A program made the position numbers and the translations under genes. Positions 25,646 to 33,350 of a stretch of DNA of 64,000 nucleotides are shown here, one piece after another. The DNA comes from Podarcis bocagei (lineage: Eukaryota). Location of the stretch: the NCBI GenBank assembly GCA_964188305.1, contig OZ076886.1. One strand, written 5' to 3'. The notes below the pieces were generated by a model, which saw nothing but the letters and a program-made list of their open reading frames with translations, did no database searches and was not told the DNA's origin. The stretch's first letter is position 1. Each line of letters opens with the position of its first letter.

Positions 25646-25960
25646 TTAAGAACAGGGCATCTCCTCCTGTTGACTCTCTTTTGGGAACCCTGGCATCTCC
25701 TCATCTTGGTTATCTTTTGGGGACCCTGCCATCTCCTCCTGTTGACTCTCTTTCGGGAACACTGGCATCTCTTCTTGTTGGCTCTCTCTCCTGGACCCTG
25801 GACCCTCTGCCTGTTGGCTCTCTCTCCGGGACCCGGGACCCTCTGCCTGTTGGCTCTCTCTCCGGGACCCGGGACCCTCTGCCTGTTGGCTCTCTCTCCA
25901 GGACCCGGGACCCTCTGCCTGCTGGCTCTCTCTCCGGGACCCGGGACCCTCTGGTTGTTG
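25646..25960 (-). repeat. Coding minisatellite, 36-bp unit (QQAEGPGSRRES x5, then QQEEMPxFPKES-type x3.7)
   Basis: Directly visible 36-nt periodicity running up to the stop codon. Confidence 0.95.
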
Positions 25961-28327
25961 CCCACCTGTTTGCAACTCTGTATCTTGGGGCTCTTGGGCC
26001 TCTGGTTGGGGAGGCTGCTGTACTTCTGCTTCCTCACCCCCAGCAGGGGCTGGTTCTTGTTTTTCTTCCTCCTCTACCTTAGCTTCACCCTGGATTTCAT
26101 CACTCTCTGGGGGCTGATCCTCTTTAGCCTTTGGTTGATCACCTAGTGGAAGAGGAGCTTCGCCATATCGAGGGCCATATATTTTTGTTAGGTAGTCTAT
26201 GAACAAACTCTCGCTGGTCTGTTGACTTGCAGATCTGACTTCTACACCAGTTTTTCTCTCCAGGTAGAATGTTTCCTCTTCAGGAAGTTTCTGATGGTCC
26301 TCTGGCTGCTCTTGCTCCTTTTCAAGTTGTGCTGGCTTGTTCTCATCTGGCTGTTGTGGCTGTTGGCTGCCTCTCCGAGATTCCTGTCCAGTTAGCTGTT
26401 GGCTTCCATGTTGAGATCCTTGAGCATCTGGTTGCTGGCTTTCATCCATCAATTCCTGCCCTTCTGGTTGTTGACTCTCCTGCTGTGACTTCTTGCCTTC
26501 TACCTGTTGACTACCACGTCTGGATCCCTGTCCTTCTGCCTGTTGATTACTATGCCAGGATTCATCCTGGTTTTTGAGAGAGGTTCTACTGCTGGGTAAA
26601 GAGTCAGGAGGAAAGTCTGTCTGTTCATTTTTATGCACCAGTTCTTTATGTCTAAAAACGCTTATTTTGCTATCAGTCTGCAGTGTTTTGTCTACAGACA
26701 TTTTATTAGAAGCTTTTCTCTTTCCTTCCACCTGTGATTCCTTTCCTTCCACCTCTTGGTCACCTTGCTGGGATTCCTGAACCTCTGCCACTTCTACTGG
26801 TTTAGCTACTGGTTTAGCTTCTGAATCTTTGGGAGCAGCAATCACTTCTTCGGCAGTTTTCACTTTTTCTCCAGCATCACTATCGGCATCTGGTTGGCGA
26901 GAAAGACGAAGAACTTCTGCCAGAGGCTTTCGCTCCCAGATTTGACTTGTCTGCTGACCTGTGCATTTCAATAACTTCCCTGTTTTTTTGCTGATCCAAG
27001 ACCCATCCTCTGTCGGTTGCTGCTGCTTTGACTCTTGGCTGCTGACACGAGCTACTGCAGGTGGTTTTCCTGCTGCTTTCTCTACACTTTTCGGGTAACC
27101 AAGAGGTTGCAGAATTTCAGAGAGTGGCTTGGGCTCCCAAATTCTACTGGTCTGCTGGCTTTCGCATTTCATAACTTTTCCTGTCCTTTGGCTAATCCAT
27201 GTCATGTCCTCCTTGGCTTCAACTTCATTTATAGGTTGTGTTGTGGAAGGTCTATGGCTTTGTAGGACCTGGTGGTTAATGGATTGATGACTGCCTCGGC
27301 GAGATTCATGTCCTGGGACCTGCTGATTGTGTCGGGATTCCTGGCCTACAACTGGTTGAGTGCTTCGGCGGGATTCATGTCCTGGAAGCTGTTGGCTATG
27401 CCGGGATTCCTGGCCCGTGAGCTGTTGACTTCCGCGGTGGGATTCATGCCCTGGGAGCTTCTGGCTATGCCGGGATTCCTGGCCCGTGAGCTGTTGACTT
27501 CCGCGGTGGGATTCATGTCCTGGAAGCTGTTGGCTATGCCGGGATTCCTGGCCCGTGAGCTGTTGACTTCCGCGGTGGGATTCATGCCCTGGGAGCTTCT
27601 GGCTATGCCGGGATTCCTGGCCCGTGAGCTGTTGACTTCCGCGGTGGGATTCATGTCCTGGAAGCTGTTGGCTATGCCGGGATTCCTGGCCCGTGAGCTG
27701 TTGACTTCCGCGGTGGGATTCATGCCCTGGGAGCTTGTGGCTATGCCGGGATTCCTGGCCCGTGAGCTGTTGACTTCCGCGGTGGGATTCATGCCCTGGG
27801 AGCTTCTGGCTATGCTGGGATTCCTGGCCTATTAAAGGTTGACTCTGACTGCCTCGGCGGGATTCATGGCCCGGGAGGTGCTGGCTATGCTGGCTGCCAC
27901 GATGGGAGTCATGACCAAGTTCCTTTTTGAGAGATGACATGCTAGCACTTGCGCTGCCAGGAGGCAAGTCAGGCTGCTGGTTTTCCTCTATCAGTTCCTT
28001 ATGCTGAATAATGCTGATTTTGCTTTCAGGTCGCTCTACCTCACCTTTATCAGAACTTGTTGTCTTTGGGACATCTTGGTCCATTGCTAGGCCATTATCT
28101 CCACTTTCCTGGTGTGGTGTCAACTCTTCGATTTCATCATTATGTTTCTCCTCCTCACTATCTTTGATTTCATCACTTTGTTTCTTTTCCTCATTGATTT
28201 CATGTGCATCTTCTTCATTAATTTCAACAATTTCCTCCTTGATTCCATCATTATCTCCCTGTTCTTCAGTATCTAGCCGACCTTCATTTGCGGCACTGCT
28301 CTCAAGAGTTTCCTCAGGCTCATCCAT
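25646..28327 (-). CDS. Uncharacterised intronless 893-aa E/Q/S-rich tandem-repeat protein (FSCB-like features)
   Basis: 2682-nt uninterrupted ORF in DNA where chance ORFs outside CpG islands stay near or below 150 aa. Start context AGAATGG (A-3, G+4) with an in-frame TAG just upstream; frame-preserving 69-bp and 36-bp repeats; downstream AATAAA at 25211-25216. No transposon protein motifs. Confidence 0.85.
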   Translation of the reverse strand: MDEPEETLESSAANEGRLDTEEQGDNDGIKEEIVEINEEDAHEINEEKKQSDEIKDSEEEKHNDEIEELTPHQESGDNGLAMDQDVPKTTSSDKGEVERPESKISIIQHKELIEENQQPDLPPGSASASMSSLKKELGHDSHRGSQHSQHLPGHESRRGSQSQPLIGQESQHSQKLPGHESHRGSQQLTGQESRHSHKLPGHESHRGSQQLTGQESRHSQQLPGHESHRGSQQLTGQESRHSQKLPGHESHRGSQQLTGQESRHSQQLPGHESHRGSQQLTGQESRHSQKLPGHESHRGSQQLTGQESRHSQQLPGHESRRSTQPVVGQESRHNQQVPGHESRRGSHQSINHQVLQSHRPSTTQPINEVEAKEDMTWISQRTGKVMKCESQQTSRIWEPKPLSEILQPLGYPKSVEKAAGKPPAVARVSSQESKQQQPTEDGSWISKKTGKLLKCTGQQTSQIWERKPLAEVLRLSRQPDADSDAGEKVKTAEEVIAAPKDSEAKPVAKPVEVAEVQESQQGDQEVEGKESQVEGKRKASNKMSVDKTLQTDSKISVFRHKELVHKNEQTDFPPDSLPSSRTSLKNQDESWHSNQQAEGQGSRRGSQQVEGKKSQQESQQPEGQELMDESQQPDAQGSQHGSQQLTGQESRRGSQQPQQPDENKPAQLEKEQEQPEDHQKLPEEETFYLERKTGVEVRSASQQTSESLFIDYLTKIYGPRYGEAPLPLGDQPKAKEDQPPESDEIQGEAKVEEEEKQEPAPAGGEEAEVQQPPQPEAQEPQDTELQTGGQQPEGPGSRRESQQAEGPGSWRESQQAEGPGSRRESQQAEGPGSRRESQQAEGPGSRRESQQEEMPVFPKESQQEEMAGSPKDNQDEEMPGFPKESQQEEMPCS
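27290..27915 (-). repeat. Coding minisatellite, 69-bp unit (LPGHESHRGSQQLTGQESRHSQ[K/Q])
   Basis: Six near-identical units at 27389-27802 plus degenerate flanking units; units alternate between K and Q types. Confidence 0.95.
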
Positions 28328-28507
28328 TCTTTTTCCAGATGCAATATGGCTATGCTATGTTGTTCAGTCTCCAGAGCAGGACCTTCTGGAGTTTCCCAAG
28401 GTGTCTGTTAACTACTCCAGTAGTATGCTCTTTTCCTTCCTACTTCTGTTCTTTATTCAGGGCTGCTCTTTACAAAAACTATCCTGAGGCCCAGATGGAT
28501 TAATGGC

Positions 28508-28651
28508 TCTTATATTTAAAAGCCCTGCGACTTAGTGCTTCACTCTGAGTGTGGCTGCCTTCCTCCAATGTGTTCCTTCCTTTCCGTTGCTAATAACTAC
28601 CAGGTTGTTCTAGAAGCTTCAGAACTTGGGTTCCATATATCTATGACATCA
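28508..28651 (-). promoter_or_regulatory. Candidate non-CpG promoter of the 893-aa ORF
   Basis: TATA-like TTTAAATATAAGA (28520-28508, minus), CCAAT 28565-28569, MYB-like CAACGG 28589-28584, CRE-like TGACATCA 28644-28651. These are short motifs and individually weak. Confidence 0.35.
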
Positions 28652-29068
28652 GTTATTATTCTGCTCCATCTGTCCTTTTATTTAACAACAAGCAGGACCC
28701 GAAGAGGGCTTCAGATAGGACCATACACTTGGAAAGTTTGTAAATGGAATTGGAGCCATCATCCTGAGGTGACAACAAGTGCAATTTAATGAGAAAGCTC
28801 TTGTATTTTAATCCCGAAGACCTAAGCTTCTAGATCCTTAGATCATGGTCAGTTTTCTCATTTGTAAAAATGGGAATAGTATATCATTGTTGTTTGAATT
28901 GTTTTCATATGTGATTTTTAAAATTACTAAATCACTTGGAGTTGTTCTATATCATTACCTCATTTCATGATTAATACACATGCACAATAATCACTAGCAA
29001 TTTCTGCTGTTTCCCACCATATTCTGTTACATTGTGGTAGTATGCATGTTGGGAACCTGTGCTACGTA

Positions 29069-29318
29069 CAGTAGAACCTCTGCTTACGACTGCCTCTACT
29101 TGGGCCTGATCCAAGTTGCGACCGCAGCAAACCCGGAAGTAAATACAGGGTTTGCTATGATTTACACACGCACAGAAGTGGCTGCCACCGTCTGCACATG
29201 CGCAGAAGCGTGTTGCTGCCGAACGCGCCTGCGCACAATGGCACTTCTACCAGCAACCCAGATTGACTTATGGACGGACATCTGGAACTGATTACGTCCG
29301 TAGGTAGAGGTTCCACTG
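29069..29318. mobile_element. Tigger-like MITE, family B relative
   Basis: TA|CAGTAGAACCTC ... GAGGTTCCACTG|TA. Confidence 0.85.
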
Positions 29319-29498
29319 TATAGCCATTTGCACCATGTAGCAACTTATGTTCTAGCTTTGAGCTGAATCTTTGTGATTCACATATTAGCTATATTTCTGC
29401 CTTGATGTGGCGGGGGCAGGGGGGGCCTGCCTGCAACTTGCAAAATCTTCAGTTTCATAAAGCAACAGGTTACCATAGCTTCTCTATCAGAAGCGCAC

Positions 29499-30237
29499 TC
29501 AAGGAATTCCAGGGGTACACATTATCATATTTATTGTGGCCCTTTGGCCCACTACCACAACATCACTTACTAGTGTGAGTGAAGGAAGGATAATACTTAT
29601 TCAATAAAATCATACCTCTTGTTACATTTGCTTCCGGTTAAATCTTTTCAGGTTGCGTCCCGCGGCGACCTGGAAGTACCGGAAAGGGTTACTTCTGGGT
29701 TTCGCCGCCTGTGCATGCGCAGTCGCTCAAAATGACGTCACGCGCATGTGCAGAAGCGACAAATCACGACCCGCGCATGTGCAGACATGCAGACGCGGGT
29801 TGCGTTCTGCTCATGTTGAGAAACACGGCTCTGGAATGGATCCTGTTAGCAACCAGAGGTACCACTGTATATTCTTCCCTACTGTCTTTAACATTCCAAC
29901 AGTCAGGCCATGGGCCTGATCCAGAAGGCTCTTCTTACATTCTTATGTTAAGAGGACGGGTGCCAAAGAAAATAAAGATGGCGCCTGCCCAATATTCAAG
30001 GGGAGGAGTTCCAAAGGGTAGGGGTCATGACACTAGATGGCCGATTACTACACTGTGGGGCACAGAGCTCCTGATAAATCTGCAGGAGTCTGTCACCTGC
30101 AGAGTGCCAACCCATTAACATGGGCAAGACGTTAGGATTTCTCTTGCCCCAGTGTCCATCACTAGACACTTCCTTATGTGGTGGTGGCCCAAAGGGCCAC
30201 AATAAATGTGACAATGTGTACCCCTGGAAATCCTTGA
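29499..30237. mobile_element. Unclassified element with ~60-bp terminal inverted repeats
   Basis: 29499-29558 is the near-perfect reverse complement of 30177-30237. Confidence 0.6.
29607..29867. mobile_element. Tigger-like MITE family B nested in the inverted-repeat element
   Basis: Clearly homologous to 21808-22040; right TIR gaggtaccactg|ta. Confidence 0.85.
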
Positions 30238-32489
30238 TGCCACCTGGAGCTCCTTGGCACAAAAGGTGGCATATAAATGTAGTAAATAAATTAATAGCAG
30301 TGACTCACTGACGCCAGCCATCGACCAGCTCCCCTAATCCTTCACCCCGGCTAAATTTCACTGAGTACAATCTGCCTCCAACCCCCCAAATCTCCTCAGG
30401 ATTGTGCTTGAAGAGTTTAGCGGATAAATGAATAATTATTAGAAAGTTGAAGTCATTTTAATCTGTTTAGCAGATAAATGAGTAAACATTAGAAAGCTGA
30501 GGTAATTTTAACCCGTTTTGGTATTTTAACTGTTGTACGTTTTAAAGTATAGTTATGAATTTTTATTTTACTGTTTTATCGTAAACTACTTCTCTGGGGT
30601 TTGTTTTTTTTTAAGCCCACAATCAAGCGGTGACTAAATTTTATGAAACACACACACACACTTATGGCACTTTCTTCTGGCAAGGCCTTCTCCTCAAGGC
30701 CTTCACCCCCATAGCAGATAAGTATGAGAAGTCAGAAGTGGTTTGAAGAGGCTGTTTAATACAATAGAGATGAATATATTTGGAAGTCGAATTTTGGCTA
30801 GAGGTAAGAATTGAAGAATGAAAGAGGAAGGCTAGAGAAGAGAAACTGGCAATAGTAAGGGAACGAAGTAATCTAGCATGAGCTAGAGGGGACTGAAAAG
30901 AATGGGCATATTTATAAAAGAGAAGCAGCAAGACTTGGCAATGGGACAAATGTTAACAGCAAATGAAAAGAAAAAATAACCTATGAAGCTAGGCTGTGTC
31001 CCTTATCAGTAAGGTAAATAGTGCTGTCAACAGGCATGAGAGGGACTGAGGAGAAGAAGACTTGGAATGAAAGATCCACATCCAAGCAGATAAGAACAAC
31101 ATGAAGTCACAAAATACAAACAGCATTTTTTTGTTATTGTCGTGTTTTTTCGTTTCGCAAGACTATCTTTTATCAGAAACTAGCTGAGTCACTGATCTTT
31201 AACATCTCATTGGTCGGAATAATGATTTATACATTACTAAAGGGTATGTCACTGTACAATTTAGAAAGGAGATGGGGGATTTTATGTTTGAATGCTCTCT
31301 GTGCACAGGAAACTAGCAGGTTTGGGAGATGGCTTGTAAAAATGCTTGCATCCTTCCTGAACTAACTTTCAACCTACCCAGAGACATGAACATGCACTTA
31401 TAGTGGTGCTTCCAGTAGAAAAAGATAAGAGGTATTTTCCATTTATACATCTAAACCTAGCAAATGAAAGGCAGCACATACCAATTACCTTCTCTTTTCT
31501 GGTAGATATTGTCAGCCAGTACACAGCTGCTGTCCTTTTTTATTTTGGTATGTATGTATTAACTGATGACTCACCAAATAATTCCAGCCCAGGAAGCCAG
31601 CTGCTCTACAGAAATAAACCTTAATTAAACAGAAAGTTGACCACTAGGGATGTCCCTGGAATGTCACTGTGTCCTAGAAAGACATCCTCATTAGGGTAGA
31701 AAAAGGACAGGGTAGGACTGTATTCCAAATATTAATCTGAAGCTCAACACAGCACTGAATAGTGCTGTGTGTATGTGTGTATTTAAGTGTAAGGCAGGAG
31801 TTAGAATGTTGGGCTTAACAGGGTTGCCCTATTTCAAGAAGTAAAAATCCAGACACCCCCAGACACTCCAGGACAAACCGCCGCCTTCCAGAACCCCCCC
31901 CCCCATATCACTACATCCTGGTAATGTCTGGGGAATTCCAGATATATAGCAGCCCTAAGGCTTGACAAATACCCCCCTACTAGTGGAGGGCAGGCCGCAC
32001 AGCATCTCTTAACTCACTGGCAAGCCAATGGGTACACAACAGGATCTAGGGGGGCTACCTGTGCAAGTTTGCAACTGTACTGAATCACCATTTTGGTTCA
32101 AATTTGGCCAACAACTCCATTTCCCAGTTGGCCTGCAACTCCATTTCCCCCCAAACCAACTCCTAGAGTCCAAGGTCCCTTGCCCCCCCTCAGTAAAATA
32201 TTTGAGCCCCACATATGCTGATGGGCATTGCTATGCATTTGGTGTGCATGGGCTGAGACTTATGATCCATTATGCAGGGGGAGGTTTACCTGCTCCTCCC
32301 CAAATAATTTTATTTAAGGTGGCACCCTTGAGTCCATTTAATGATGCGTTTGACTGAGGCATACATACATATGACCTTCCAATTAAAATAAAATATATAT
32401 ATATACATGCGCTTTATAGTTCTACATATTTATCCAGCACAGGTGCGGAGATAAGCGCAGACCTCAAATAGCAACCAAGCCACTCCTTT

Positions 32490-33350
32490 AAAATACGGCC
32501 TCCCCACACGACACGCGTGAAGCAGAAGAAAAGGGGAGGAAAAGGTCACTGCTCCCGTTTCCCTCAAAGGCAGTGACCCGCCCTTTCGCAGGCGCCGCCC
32601 TGCCAAGAGGCGCGCTCTCTCCCTTGGTGGGCGCTTGCTACCATCCCGCCATTTCAGCGGGCGGCCAAGAGCACGGAGGCCTCCGGGGGGGCGGGGCCTG
32701 TGGTTCGGCGGGAGGGGCGAGCTGCCTCTTAGCGGCCGGCCTCTTTCTCCCCGGGTCTCTGCGGCGCGATGGAGGAAGCTCTGCGGCGCGAGCTGGGTAC
32801 TTCGGCGCTCCGGCCTACGGGCCACTCGGGGGGCGGCTGCATTAGCCACGGCGAGAGTTACCACACCGACCACGGGCGCGTCTTCGTGAAAAGCAACTCC
32901 CGCGCAGAGGTGGGGGGAAAGAACCGGAGGGGAAAAGCACCGGCGGGTAGTACTCCCGGTGGGGAAGGCGGGTGTGGGCGATGGGGAGTGAAGTGCAAAG
33001 GGTCGAATAAAAGCCGTGCTGCAAGAAGGCGAATTGCTGTTTACTCCCCTTTGCTGAATAGCACTCCCATGTTGTTTGCTTTTTTTTTGCAAAGTGGCCT
33101 GACATAGGCGCAAATGCACAGAGCGAGCTGGTACCCCGTCACAGTGACGCGACGACGAGGCTGTGTCAATGGTTTACTTCTCCTGCCCTGCAGGCAGCTG
33201 TTTAAAAGCAATGGTGTCGCGGCCGAAAGAAAGAAAGAAAGTGCCTGCGGACGAGTTGTGGTGCCCCTGGCTGTGTGTTCGTTGGCGGACTTGCTAAAGT
33301 CGGAGCTGGAGAGGGGCTTTCTCGCCATCCATCTCGTGGGCCCCACCACT
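32490..33350. promoter_or_regulatory. CpG island / promoter of FN3KRP
   Basis: CpG-rich region with GC boxes (GGGGCGGGGC near 32688) around exon 1. Confidence 0.85.

Noticed and set aside
25594-27835. Overlapping alternative-frame and antisense ORFs (25594-26037, 25624-26082, 25670-26146, 27272-27835, 27346-27792)
   Set aside because: By-products of stop-free tandem repeats whose unit length is a multiple of 3.
27290-27915. CRISPR-like appearance of the regular repeats
   Set aside because: No unique spacers, no cas genes and eukaryotic context; this is a coding minisatellite.
25646-28327. Calling the 893-aa ORF filaggrin/hornerin/involucrin (S100 fused-type or EDC protein)
   Set aside because: The resemblance is only compositional (G/H/S/Q/R repeats). 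There is no S100/EF-hand domain, no splice acceptor for an upstream S100 exon, an in-frame stop precedes the ATG, and the neighbours are not EDC genes.
32430-33119. 229-aa minus-strand ORF
   Set aside because: Antisense to FN3KRP exon 1 within a CpG island; no domain signal.
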